A stretch of DNA of 62,929 nucleotides, filler included, from Octopus bimaculoides (GCF_001194135.2; 7 parts of 7 records of this genome joined end to end with filler, not necessarily neighbours in it); one strand, 5' to 3'; shown: positions 1 through 13,893, counted from the whole stretch's first letter. Numbers and translations are program-made. Notes: generated by a model from the letters alone, not told the origin.

Positions 1-106
1 TTATATATATATATATATACATATACACACACACACACACACATATATATATACATATATACACACATACTGACACACACACACTACCCACATATATATA
101 TACATT

Positions 107-167
<61 letters not shown>

Positions 168-806
168 ATATGTATAGCGAGAGAGAGAGAGAGGGATGTG
201 TCAGTGTGCATTTATATAAATATGCAAACACTGACACGCATACACTCACACTTACACTCACACACATACACTCGCTCATACTCACACACAAACGCACAAT
301 CACACACTCACACACACACACGTAATTTATGAATAACATTTTGATTCTCTTCTATGGTTACCATGTGTATCTTCTTACGAAGATGCCTCTACAGGATTGC
401 TTGAGCTGCTAGAAACAACGGCTAAATCTCGCTGAAATTCCTCACTACCATCATAGAAACGTGTGGCATCTAATGGACTGTGTAATTGTAAAACAGAAGA
501 GGTAGCCATGCCTGGAATACATTGGAATAAAAATGTGAATGCTAGGACAGTCTTTAATAATATACTTGCTGCTGAAGTCGGCGAAATGGCAAAATCGTTA
601 GATTGACTTTGCCTTTCGTCTCCCTGGGTTCAATAAAATAAGTAAACGACAGTTGGACATTGTGGGGGAGTCGGTCGAGGTAACTGATTTAACCCACTCA
701 TCTAAAATTTCTGGTCCTACGTTTATAATAGAAGAGAAATAATATACGCTCTATCAGGACTATCTTGGAAGTAGAAACAACAAAAACAAGGGACATTCGA
801 CTTGGT

Positions 807-1086
807 GGCGATCTTTCGGTACTAGATCCCATAACTTCCGGTCGTTGTGCGCACGCATACTGATTACATTATCGCATAGTGCGTTTATGTTTTTAAATGA
901 CTTGAAAATATGAAAAGACAACATTAAATAGAAAAAAAAATTAATGGCCCACTAAACTCAAACCTTCTCCCCTCAGATTCATACAGTTCTCAAACTTTAA
1001 ACACATAAACACATTATACGATCATGTAATTAGTATGCATGCGCATAACGACCGGAAGTTATGGGATCTAGTATCGAAAGATCGCC
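807..1086. mobile_element. MITE with 68-bp TIRs and 9-bp TSD (MULE- or Merlin-like)
   Basis: Arm 807-874 is the reverse complement of 1019-1086 with 5 mismatches. The flanks are CGACTTGGT (798-806) and CGACTTGGG (1087-1095). Termini begin GGCGA. Confidence 0.85.
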
Positions 1087-1390
1087 CGACTTGGGTTCTC
1101 GACTGGGTGGAAACGGTAGCTAGATCTCCCTGAAACACAGAATGATTCAAGAAGGAAACACAAGTTCAAGGTTGATTTGGAGACAAACAAAAACATGCAA
1201 TTAGAGCTTTGGCGTAAAACTGGGTTGTCAAGGAAGAATTTGCAATGGAAGAATTTGCAATGGAAGAAGGTGATAGAAAACATCTGAAGTAGATATCTTA
1301 CATCAGTGTTCTTTGTTTTGTCATGTTACTCGGTCTCCTAAATTTTTCACGCCTCAATCTTACAGTCTCTTACTATCTGTCTGTATGTTT

Positions 1391-1438
<48 letters not shown>

Positions 1439-2399
1439 ATTTTGTCTTCTACCGCTTCTTAATTTTTGTTTCCTTCCGTCATACATAAAACTCATGTCTA
1501 TGCGTTCTGCTCTGTCAGCTCTTATACATTTAATCTGTTAATCTGTTGTTATATCCCTCTTGTCGTGAGCATCACATTTCTTATGGGAATCTAAAGGAAT
1601 TGCTGAAACGTATACAAACACACACACACACCCAAACACACATACACACACACATGCACATAGAGCGATACATGTATACATATGTATATACATACACATA
1701 TATGTATGTAAATATGTATGTATATACATGTATATACGTATGCTTATATATATATGTATCTATATGTATGTCTCTAAGTTTCCATGCATGTATATGTATG
1801 TCAAGTGCATTACCAAATTGCAGAATCACTTGAAAATATACAAAAGAATTTTAAAGAAGGCTATATTATATTTTGGTCGAGTCAATCTCTTGCTACTCTT
1901 AGTTTCGCCAGGTAAATTATGACTAAACAAATGATGGAATATACACACATCTATATGTAAGTTTCCTTTCGTAGAATATGGTGGTCGAGGGAAAGAGAGC
2001 TAATTAGAAGTAAAACACAGAAAAACAAGGAGAAGCAAATGGAAAAGAAAAAATGACAACGAAAAGAAAATTAACTACTTACATTAAAATAGATACAAAT
2101 GAATTTTATGAATTTTCTCCGGACATGAATTTATGTTTATACTAAGCAAAAGTTTATGCCGCCCGTCGTCAGCGAAAAACATAGAAAACCGTGATAGCAA
2201 AGAACTTGTTGTATGTGTATTCTAGTTATGTTGATATGGAAAGCCGGAATATAACTTAAAAAGTCGAAATATCGAGGAGTGAAGAGTGTATAACAGAAAC
2301 GTGTATTTAAGACGGAGAAAGTAAATCAATTGTTTATTTATATCAATAAATATAACAGGGCTGAATTTATTCAAATGTTTTCGCTTTAACCACCTTTTT

Positions 2400-2778
2400 A
2401 TAAAGTAGTTGTGTAGTGTCAACTTAACGTGACAGTCCCAATAAAGGAATCATACTACTGCTATTTAGCCCTTGAAAGCTGCACCGCTTCCTGTCGGCCT
2501 TTCCTGTGTCCTTATGGACATGTTTCTGAGTTTTTGCTCGTCATCAGCCTGGAGTAGCATGACTTGCTGGCTGAAGATGCCTGTCTAGCTCTCGTAAACA
2601 TGTCCATGGATGCAGGCTTGTCTGGGTAGAGGTGCTTGTCTCTCCCTCGTAAACATAAGGACACAGGAAATGTGTCAAGGCCGACAGGAAGCGGTGCAGC
2701 TTCCTAGGGCTAAATACCAGTAGTATGATTCCCTTATTGGGACTGTCACGTTAAGTTGACAGTATACAATTACTTTAT
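2400..2778. mobile_element. Non-autonomous TIR element (MITE) with ~120-bp inverted arms
   Basis: 2400-2516 is the reverse complement of 2654-2778 with a few mismatches and one 8-nt indel. There is no ORF, and the TSD is ambiguous (possibly TA). Confidence 0.8.
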
Positions 2779-3429
2779 CACATCACTACTACTTAAGTAT
2801 CTCTTAGAGATTTAGAAATGTATCATTCTCATCTTTTTATGTCATTATATTATGGCATGTAAAGATATTTTGCTTATATTTGTGCTGTATTTATTTCTAT
2901 AATAACTGCATTGTCTAATTCCTGTGTGAATGTTTATGTGTATATACATACAAACATACATATATATATGTATGTATATGTGTATATATGCATGTATGTA
3001 TGTTTCTTTGCTTGTATGTATATATTATCTGTTTCAGTCATTAGACTGCGCACATGCTGAGGCAACGACTTCAAGAATGTTTAGTCGAATGACTCGACCC
3101 CAGCACTTATCTGTGTGCGAGCGCACATGTGGGCATATATATATATGCATGTTGTGAGTGTGTGCATGTGTGTGTAAAAGAGAGAGAGACAGACAGAGCG
3201 AAAGAGAGGTAGAGAGAGTATGTGTGTGTGAGTGAATCTGCGCTTCACAACTGGTCTTGCTTCTTTTATAAAGTCGCAAATCAACAGCTCATGAGACATC
3301 AAGGATTGAAGCAATCGAAGAAAATCAGAGAATAAAAGAATTTTCTACATGTATACCACTGTATCACTATATCGACCAGACTATCGGATATTGCTATACA
3401 CCGCTGTTCTCAGTGCGCTTCCTTGCATT

Positions 3430-3610
3430 GTTATTGCTGTCTAGGCTATAACTGCTTCGCTAGCGGTGCAGAGTTACTCGTTTACAGCTCAATGGACTGA
3501 GGCGAAGTGAAGTGAAGCTTTTTCCTCAAAAAGATAACGCATCGCCGGTCGGGGAACCGATCGAACCTGCGACTTTGCGATCATGAATGCAACAACCTAT
3601 GCACTAGGCA
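3430..3610 (-). mobile_element. Diverged tRNA-derived SINE fragment
   Basis: A B-box-like segment (GATCGAACCTGCGAC on +) lies next to a SINE-like body. It is degenerate. Confidence 0.45.
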
Positions 3611-3619
3611 CGCCCGCCT

Positions 3620-4190
3620 TTATGAATACACCTACGCACAAACACACACATATACGCATGCACAAATACACACAAACACTCACACAAAAGTACACACACA
3701 CACACACACACACACTCGCACATATACACATACACACACTTACACACAAATACACACACAAGCGCACACGCACGTGCACACACACACACAAATACACACA
3801 CCAACACTCACACAATAATAGACACAAACACACACACACAAGTACACATACACAAACACACTCACACACATACACATACACACACACAAATACACACACA
3901 AACGCACATGTGCGTGCACATACACACACACACACACACAAATACGCACACAAATACACACACAAATACACACACCCACAGTCACAATAATAGACACGCA
4001 AATACACACACACGCACACACGCACACACACAAATACATACACACATACACACACACAAATACACACACACACACACACTCACATGCAAATGCACACACA
4101 AACATACATACACGCGTGCGCACACACATACATACACAAACATGCATACACAAGCACAAAGTCTCTAACACAAAATACACACACATGCAT
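3620..4190. repeat. Complex CA-rich low-complexity satellite
   Basis: Interrupted (CA)n with recurring CACAAATACA and CACAATAATAGACAC units. Confidence 0.9.
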
Positions 4191-5840
4191 GTAGAAACAG
4201 TTGACGGGAGAAAGGAATCAGTGGAGGAGAGAGAGAGAGCTCGAACGAGAGACATGTAGGAATGTATATTTGCATGTATGTACATGTATTTTTGCATGGT
4301 TATACGTGTATTTGCTTGTTGATCTGTGTATATGCGCTTTCATGTGTGTATGACTGGAAACTGAATCTCAACAATCCTTGCTGCAAATCAATGTTACTAA
4401 AACTGCTCCACCCTCCCCCAGTATTTCTATAAGCATATCATGACAACAAATTTAGTGCTTATCACAAGGTAACAGAAATAGCTATCGATCTCTAATTGAT
4501 GTAAGCACACAATCGATATTAGTTAATTTTTTTTTTCACTATTACTTTTATCGTTATGATTTCATTATTACTTTCATTGTTATGATTTAGAAATTGGACT
4601 TCGGCCATTTTAAGCCATTATATTCTAAGGTACAATCGATAATATTGTTCCTTGTATTTATTTTTTACCGACTGTACTTAGTTTATTGTCTTCGGAATGA
4701 TGAAAACAAATTGGACCGGGCAATAGTTAACACTTTACCTACCGAGAGAGTCACCGGCGACTCATCAGGCGTATGTTTTTATATGCCATGGAAGTGACAA
4801 GTGATTCTCACTGTTATATTTTTGTCACTAGTGACTCCCAATGGTGATTTTTTTCTTATGGTGCCTCATATTACTGTGATTCAAATCGATCGACGTCATA
4901 TATTGTGCGCTTTTTGCAACGCGCTGATAACATTGCAACTGGAGTCTTCTCGATTAAGCTCAAGTTCTCCTACGGGTTGAAACCATAGTATTATTTCGTT
5001 GCGACTTCCTATAGTTCTTGGGAGATATATTGTGGTGATTTTCTATTGCTTTCCCCAACTGGATGCCGTTGACCCACAAGGACCTGATACATCCTTTGAT
5101 AAGGCTTGTTTTTAGTCTTGCTGGGTGCCCTGTTCAATTCTTTGTCTTCCATTCGATTGTCTGACATTGGTAATTGTCTCCCTTTATCATTTATACCTTG
5201 AAGTTGTGATGGCCGGCAGTATAATTCCTTGACCATGTTAAATATACCTTAGAACACCTTACTGCAAAAAGATTGTACAATGAGCTTCTGAATGTATCAG
5301 ACTTCCTTCTAAGTGGCTGTTCCATTTGTTAGAAATAGCAGTCAAAAAAGAAATACAAAAACAAAAGGGCGTACATCTAGATGCACTGAATTTGGAAATG
5401 AAACAGGACGGTCATGGTTGGAGCGCATTTTATCATATGGCTGAGGAAAGTTCACTGAATTCTATTGTATTAATAATCACTAGCGTACCTAAAGTGTGTG
5501 TTGCTCGGGACAGACTTTGAGTCTGGCTTCGCCCCCCGCCTACCATATTTCAATACACCCTATCACTAAACCTCAAATGTGTCAACCCCTTAAAAGCAGA
5601 CCCCCACTCCAAGTAATGATACTGGGAATAGACAGCAGCTGGTTACTGACGTCTTATTTATAGATAATTCAACTTCACTGAAATCGCATATTGGTTTCCG
5701 AATATACGCCATTCTGTTAACAGATGATATTGGATACCCCGAGAAGAACAATTACATACGATGGAAAATAGAGATTGGACGAAGGATCATAGTCATACGA
5801 ACGTATCTAAGCAAGCATGACTCGAAGACTATATATGTAC

Positions 5841-5886
<46 letters not shown>

Positions 5887-6166
5887 CTGTTTATCTGTAT
5901 ATATATATACAGAGTAGTGCAAATGTAGGTATAGTTATGAAAAACAACATGAAAAATCCCGTAAAAGAATTAAAAGTTACGATGAAAGAATTATTGTATT
6001 TATGAGAAATCTATTATGATTAATGACACTCAAAATATCAAAAATGAGGTTAATTAATTTGATGCGTTAATAATTTTAATGAATTAAGTATTATAACATT
6101 GATGTGATACTGACTGTATACCTACTTTTGCACCCCTCCTGCATGTATATGTATATGTATATATAC

Positions 6167-6201
<35 letters not shown>

Positions 6202-7249
6202 TGTATGTATGTATGTATGTATGTGTGTGTGTGTATATGTGTGTGTATACACATACAACATATATATATATATGTGTGTGTGTGTATTTGTGCATACAGA
6301 TTCTATTTATCTAGATTCTCTCTCACTACTTTCTTGTACTTGTTAGCTTCACCTGTTAGAAATAGCAGCTAAATGACTCTCAAATCACACTCTACGCTCT
6401 TGACAAAATAAAAAATATACAAGAACAAAGAGGCCAATATATTAAGCAGTTCTAGATGCGCTGAATTCGGAAATGAAACTGGACTGTCATGGCAGGAATG
6501 CTTTTTATCATATGACTAACTTGGAGCCTAACAACAACAATAATAACAACAACTAGAACAAAAACTCCTTCGAATCAAAAACAGGTACCTTGCAAATGGG
6601 GTTACAACCAGTTAGAAATAACAACTGCATCTCCCTCAAATGATACCTTGTGGTATTTGAAAATAAGGATGAATTAAATAATTTAGTCAATATCTTGCAT
6701 TGTGGTAGAGATAATGACAGGGCAGGGGTGGGATAATGACAGGGTAGGGGATGGGGTAAATGTAGGGGTGGTCCCGTTTGGAATGTCTTTGATGCTACGT
6801 CTACTTGCTTAAATGACAATAGCAAATACAGCCATTTCCAGTTTCCTTTTGACGACTTCATACCCTAACCGAGTTTCTTGTTTCTTTCTAACCCACCCCC
6901 AATTAAAACCATTCATGTCACAATTCTTATGAGATATATATCTTTCTTGTAGTAGCTGTAGATCAACGAACCAGTTGTGGGTTTTGAAATACAAGGAAAA
7001 CCGGTTCTCAGAGAGATAAATTACAGGAACCTGACCGATTTTACTATGTTGCGTCTATGTATGTATGTCGAAAGGAGGTGCCTGTTCATGTTTTTACTGT
7101 ATAGAATAGATAGAATCCAGTCTGTTTGGAAATCTAATATATATGCTACAGCATAATTCCTTTTCGCCAATTATCATAGCATGCTTCGCTTCCATTGTGT
7201 AATCATCGTTTGTAATAATCCTAAAATAAAAACGTGAATATATAGATAC

Positions 7250-7305
<56 letters not shown>

Positions 7306-10300
7306 CTAGATAGATAGATAGATAAATAGATAGATAGATTGATTGATAGATAGATTTATCGACAGACAGATACATTTCTTTTATTAGCCACACAGGGCTC
7401 AACGAAGATGGGACAAATACAATGTAGAGCTTTTCTTTTTGGGAGGGGGAAGGAAGGANNNNNNNNNNNNNNNNNNNNNNNNNNNNNNNNNNNNNNNNNN
7501 NNTTAATTAATTAANNNNNNNNNNNNNNNNNNNNNNNNNNNNNNNNNNNNNNNNNNNNTATATATATATTCATATCTATATATATATATATATATATATA
7601 TTCATATCTATATATATATATATATATATATATATTCATATATATATATATTCATATATATATATATATTCATATCTATCTATATATATATATATATATA
7701 TATATTCATATATATGTGTGTGTGTGTGTGTGTCTGCACACTCACAAATCTGTTGGTGTCGCCCACTTGTGAGTGCATGAGGATGTCATTACTCCTCAGC
7801 CATGTTTGCTAGATTTGCTGTTTAATGTCCAATAGGTCGTAGTATCCATTCTAAACAGCCGTTTCATTCCGTTGTTTCAGTTTGGTAAAGCCAGACTTTG
7901 AAATTGTTTGATCCTGTTTCCCAAATAGAGATTTCAGTGAAATGGGCACAGCAACAGAGATGGTTTTATGCATTAATTAGTTCTGGCTAGTCTGTCATAG
8001 CATGTCTTGTTAGTTACATATAAAAATACCCATAGTCATCTCATATATACACATGCTCTCATATACACATGCTCACACACAACCATATACATACACACAC
8101 GTGTTTATATAGCTTGATGTATAGATATCTGTGTGAAGGTGTATGTATGTATTTATGTATGATTGATGTATGTATATACTTGTATACACGTGTGTATATG
8201 TTATATAGATATTTATATATATTTATATATAAATATATACATATTTTATATATGCATGTACACACACATACAAATATATGTGATATATATATATATACAT
8301 ATGTAAATATATACATATATATGGAGAGAGAAAACTAATGGTTAGATATCAATCTCTCCACCCTGAAGATGGAGGCCAGAATTATAATAATGTTTATATG
8401 CATCAAATATTAGTTGCATATTCTTGACATTGTGCAAACTCCATCTGCCAACATCATTATGTAATTCTGAGTCCTCAGAAACAGCTGTTGGACCTGTAAT
8501 ACCATACCTTCTCTCTCTGTATATGTATATTTATATACATACACTTTGCCTAGTGTATCTATATATGCACAAGCTTGCACACACATACACACACACACAT
8601 ATACATATTTGTCAGTGAATAGTGCCAACCTTGCCTTTTTAAATTCTTTCCTAAATAATGGTTTGTAAATTAGTCTTGTTTTATTCATGTGATTGTGTAA
8701 AGTCTTTTAAACTGCTACACTGGAATACCTCATCTTAACTCAGGCTTCTTAAAATATTTTACATATGTGCTAATTTTATTTTTCATATTGTTAGCTTGAT
8801 ATTTTATTTAATATTTGGAAGCAATTCCTTGCTTGCTGACACAGAAGAAAGAAAATCTGAAAAAATTTACTGGAAAATTTTGACATTTTACATAAAAATA
8901 TCTCATTCTCTGTTTCGATTTTTGAATGTATGTATGTGTGTATATATCTTCATTCTTATCATGCATCTAGTGATGTTTACCAGTTTCCTTTCTCTTTTTA
9001 TATTTTAGTCAGTCTGTGAGTTGAGTTTACTTCCACAACCATCTTCATCAACCATTTTCCTGTCATTTTAGTTTTTAACTCATTTCATTTAATTTAACTT
9101 TGTTTTTAAGTCTTGTTTTTAGAAGCGCAAGTCATTTGTAGATATTCTTCTCTTGTTAAGATTGTTTTTAATTTAATTTAACTTTTTGTGTCTTGTTTTT
9201 AGAAGCACAAGTCATAGCTAGGCATTCTTCCACTGTTGGAATTTTCTCTAGCAGACAAAGATTTTATTTGCGCAGGTTGTCCATGTTCTCGATTTCTAAT
9301 GTATCAAATTGCCAGAAATAATTGTAGAATTGTAGGTGGTAACTATTTTAGGAATTCTCTTCAAAATAAAACTTCTGTTCTTCTCCTCAGCTTTGGTTTT
9401 ACATGCCAAATATCAGTAATTAAAACAAAACCTATTTAAATACCAGTTGCCCAGTAGTCTTATAACACATACATACATGTATACACATATGTATATATAT
9501 TTATGTACACGCACATGCACATATATTTGTGCATATGAATGCAAACATACATTATATTATTTTATTTGACTGAGAACTTCAGAATATAAATTTCAGAATA
9601 TTAAAAAAAATGTGATTCCATTTCACTTGGAAGTTTTTCTGTATGAGTAGTTTGAAATTCAACTGTTACTTTTCAAATAACAGTAGAGATACTGATGAAA
9701 AAGATGATGATCATGATGATGATGATAATAATAATAATAATAATAGTAATGATAGTGATAGTAATAAGAATAATGATAGCTGTAGAAGTGATGTAAGTTT
9801 GACTTGTTTTAAGAATCAAGTGGACTTCAGTGTTTTTGATGATGTGGCATTTTATGAGAAACCATTAAATATAGTTATTAAGCTAACCACATAACAACAG
9901 TGATATCTGTGCAATTTATTGCATGTTTTCCTGAGGGAATATCGATATTTCCCTGATGTGTATATTTCTCAAAATCTGGTAAAATTCGTTGCCTATCCTA
10001 AATTCTAACTGCAGTTCCATTTTTTAACATGGAGAATATAATGCCATTAGTCAACCACAATATATATTGAATATTTTTTAGGTAGATTAAAAAATAGGTA
10101 TCTGATATTAAGTAACATAAGTAGCTTTTAATTACTGAACAAACTAATTACTGCACTCTCCAGACGGGTCTAATTGCTTCTATATCTTTGATAAACTGAT
10201 ATTTCTTTCATTTTATATTTCAATACTTTATGCAAACTGGCTTGTTTTGGAGAGTTCTTTTTTTTTTCTGTTTTTGATTTTTAATGATAATTTATAAATG

Positions 10301-11920
10301 TATAAATGAATAGAAAACTTCTATACTTTTTGTTGATAAACTTGCTCTTTTGTTGTATTGTATAGTATTATTTATTGTTGGTTACATCTGTTTATATATC
10401 TTTGATTGACTAACTACCAATGTCTCAGCATTGTTGTTTGGTGGAAGCACTCAGTAAATTAACTATTTCCAAACAAGTATCTTGTGTCAAAAAAATTCTG
10501 TCCTCAACTAGTCCAATTGAAGCAATATTGATAGATTTTGGGTTTTTTTGTGTCCAATTTGTAATTATTAATTATCTTTTAAATCTACTTGCTTGACCAC
10601 TAACTGCTAATTTACACAACAACTATCAGTGGTGTTACTACTGTATCTGTCTGTCTGTCTGTCTCTCTCTCTATTTGTGTGTGTTTGCATAAAAGTGTCT
10701 GTGTGAGTGTGTATGTGTCCATCTACTATCAGAGGTGTTAACTCACTATGTCTGTGTGTATATATATATATATGTCCATTTCTCATACTTAACTCTCAGG
10801 ATCTTGTTCTTGTGTATTAACAAAATTACTCAGGGCGGTAGATCAACTACCTACTTTACTTTGCTAAAACAATCTAAAATCTAGCTTCCTTTAAGCAAAT
10901 ATGCATTATAAAAGCAGTTTCACAAATGTTCTTATTGGCTCCTGTTTCCAAGGACTTTTCATCTACATCCACCTGTTTGAAGAAAATTACAACTAAAAAA
11001 AAAAAACAAAAAAAAAAGGGCAAAAAAATCCCAATATTAAATCTTTGCTTACATTCATTCATATGTCTAGCATGCATGCACTCAATTCCCATTGACCATA
11101 TTTACAAATACATTCTGGTTACAATCTATAAGGACTCTATTGTTTTGTGGAGTTTGTAAAATCACACTGTCAGGGTTTGTTCAGTGCCTTGGAAACTAGA
11201 AACCTTAAGTCTCTATTTTTTTGGTGTCAGGACAATGGAAAGCATTTTAAACTACTGTATTATTAAAAGTAAAATCCTTGCTCTTTTCAAATGGCACTGT
11301 TTTAGCCAAACTACCAACACCTAGCTTCCAATGACGTTTCTCTCTTTGTTTACTTTGGCTTAATTCATTCACTGGCCTATGATTATAACTGCAACTGTTT
11401 TTCTTCATTCCAAATTTCAACAAATTGCTTATTATTATTAATCTGTTTTGTCTCAGTTCTTCATTGGTTTTTTTTTGTTTTTTTTCTGGATAAGTGCAGT
11501 TGACAAACTTTATAAGTTTTGAGGTAACTAAATAGTTCTGTTTCTCTCCTGCTTTATTTTCTCATATGATTAAATCAAGTTCGGTTTTGAAAACTAATGG
11601 AGTAAATGGGGGAAAATTAATGGAATAATTTCTTTCAATCTTTTTCATATCTGTTCAATGTTAATGTTTAAAAAAGTAATAGAGATGACCAAGACACTTG
11701 AACACTGGAGTGGATTATTCACAGTATGTAGTTTAGTAATTCTATTATTTTCAGTTTAAATGTTATCTGGTTCATCTTAGCCTTAGGATTCACCTCAGGA
11801 TTTCATCAAATATGTGCCAGAAATATATTCTGGGGTTGGGTCCCTGAAGTATGCAACTCCTTTCCAATATTTGGCATTTTGCCTTGTCAAAAGAAATCTT
11901 TAATATTTGTATGAGTTTAT

Positions 11921-12135
11921 AAGGCGGTGAACTGGTAGAACTGTTAGCAGACCAGGCAAAATGCTTAGCAGTATTTTGTCCATCTGTACATTCTGAGTTC
12001 AAATTCTGCCCAGGTTGACTTTACCTTTCATCCTTTCGGGGTCGATAAAATAAGTACCAGTTGAGCACTGGAGTCAATGTAAATGACTTACCCACTCCCC
12101 AAAATTGCTGGCTTTGGACCAGAAATTTGAGACTA
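11921..12135 (+). mobile_element. SINE family A copy
   Basis: AAGGCGGTGAACTGG head, GAGTTCAAATTC B-box and CCTTTCATCCTTTCGGGGTCGATAAAATAAGTACCAG core. It matches the copies at 13894-14795 and 58717-58935. Confidence 0.85.
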
Positions 12136-12886
12136 TTTGTATGAATTTCTATATACTGTTTTTTTTTTCTTTAAATTTCTCCATTTATCCCAACATTAAA
12201 AAAATATATATATTTAATGTTCTTTTAATTTATTAAGTATTTATAATAACAAACATATAAAACTCCTTTTTCTTTCATTCTTTCTCTGCTATCTGAAGAG
12301 AGTTTTTGATTGATGCACNNNNNNNNNNNNNNNNNNNNNNNNNNNNNNNNNNNNNNNNNNNNNNNNNNNNNNNNNNNNNNNNNNNNNNNNNNNNNNNNNN
12401 NNNNNNNNNNNNNNNNNNNNNNNNNNNNNNNNNNNNNNNNNNNNNNNNNNNNNNNNNNNNNNNNNNNNNNNNNNNNNNNNNNNNNNNNNNNNNNNNNNNN
12501 NNNNNNNNNNNNNNNNNNNNNNNNNNNNNNNNNNNNNNNNNNNNNNNNNNNNNNNNNNNNNNNNNNNNNNNNNNNNNNNNNNNNNNNNNNNNNNNNNNNN
12601 NNNNNNNNNNNNNNNNNNNNNNNNNNNNNNNNNNNNNNNNNNNNNNNNNNNNNNNNNNNNNNNNNNNNNNNNNNNNNNNNNNNNNNNNNNNNNNNNNNNN
12701 NNNNNNNNNNNNNNNNNNNNNNNNNNNNNNNNNNNNNNNNNNNNNNNNNNNNNNNNNNNNNNNNNNNNNNNNNNNNNNNNNNNNNNNNNNNNNNNNNNNN
12801 NNNNNNNNNNNNNNNNNNNNNNNNNNNNNNNNNNNNNNNNNNNNNNNNNNNNNNNNNNNNNNNNNNNNNNNNNNNNNNNNNNNNNN

Positions 12887-13017
12887 AGTCTGTGACTTGG
12901 GTTTCCATTCTTAACTCCAGCCCCTTGTTTCCTTCATTTGCATCTCCCAATGCTTTTGAGAGGGTGCATAAACCATCTTGTATTTCTCCCTTTTTGCTAG
13001 AAATCTGAGGCATGTGC
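12887..13017 (-). CDS. Candidate internal exon (possible coiled-coil segment of the TRIM gene), truncated by a gap
   Basis: Acceptor TTTATTTGATAG (AG at 13019-13018) is followed by an open frame HMPQISSKKGEIQDGLCTLSKALGDANEGNKGLELRMETQVTD running into Ns. The other two frames have stops. No homology was recognised. Confidence 0.3.
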
Positions 13018-13479
13018 CTATCAAATAAATCATTATTATATTTTCAGCTCTGGAAAAAACCTTCATTTTAAGAATTGTTTCTCTGTTTCTAACATCAAAA
13101 CAAAAAAAAAAAAAAGAAGCAGAAACTTTTCTTTAATCTTTTCTCTGTTATTTATTTTTTTTTTTTTTTCCGTTTCTTTTTTTCTCTATTTCATCTTGGA
13201 AATAATGTTTCTGTAGCAACTATAAGTTGTTTATTAATTGATATTAATATTACTAAAGCTATTGTTGAATTGCTTATGCAGAGAAATTTTTCTTTCTTTT
13301 CTTTTTTTTTGCGGTATAAATATACTCTTACTTTCTCTGTTTGGGCTGACAATTCCATTTCAATAGTTGATGTGAGATATGAGTATTAACCCTCCATTAA
13401 GTGGCCTGGATGTTGTTTGTATTATTAGTTTATTTCAAATTATATATAAAGCATAACAGAAAATTTTTTGATATCATTA

Positions 13480-13658
13480 TATCCACCATTACACATGTTT
13501 CATTTGCTAATAGGAATTACAAAGTTTTACATGTTAGATAGACATGTAAGGGATTTCTCCATCCGAAGAATTTCCAATAGAAAATTCCTTACATGTCTCT
13601 CTAATGTGTAAAATTTTGTAATTCCTATTAGCAAATGAAACGTGTGTAATGGTGAATA
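13480..13658. mobile_element. Foldback/MITE-like hairpin element
   Basis: ~80-bp inverted arms at 13480-13558 and 13579-13658 with a ~20-nt loop. Weaker symmetry extends outward. Confidence 0.8.
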
Positions 13659-13893
13659 AATAATACCAAAACATTTCATATTTTATTATATATATATATA
13701 TATATATATATAATTATTATGGTTGTTTTTTGGGGTTGGTTTTTCTGAAAGACAATCTGCCATGTCATTATTAGCGAGACTGATTATTGTTTTTCATCAA
13801 TGAGACTCAGCTTGAGAGAGAAAGATAGATGACAAGGAGGAATACAAACTAGATACTACTACTACTATTATAATTATTCTGATTATTATAATT

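Noticed and set aside
1236-1265. 15-bp tandem duplication GAATTTGCAATGGAA
   Set aside because: Only two copies, with short closed reading frames. It is an ordinary slippage duplication.
3583-4297. His/Thr- and Cys/Val-rich ORFs (HTHT..., CVCV...), also at 52.9-54.2 kb and elsewhere
   Set aside because: Translations of (CA)n/(TG)n/(TA)n repeats, with no splice or domain support.
7503-7514. TTAATTAATTAA islands inside N runs (also 15296-15307, 26689-26700, 40463-40474, 47912-47923, 59164-59175)
   Set aside because: An identical 12-mer centred in fixed-size gaps that puts stops in all six frames. It is a scaffolding spacer, not biology.
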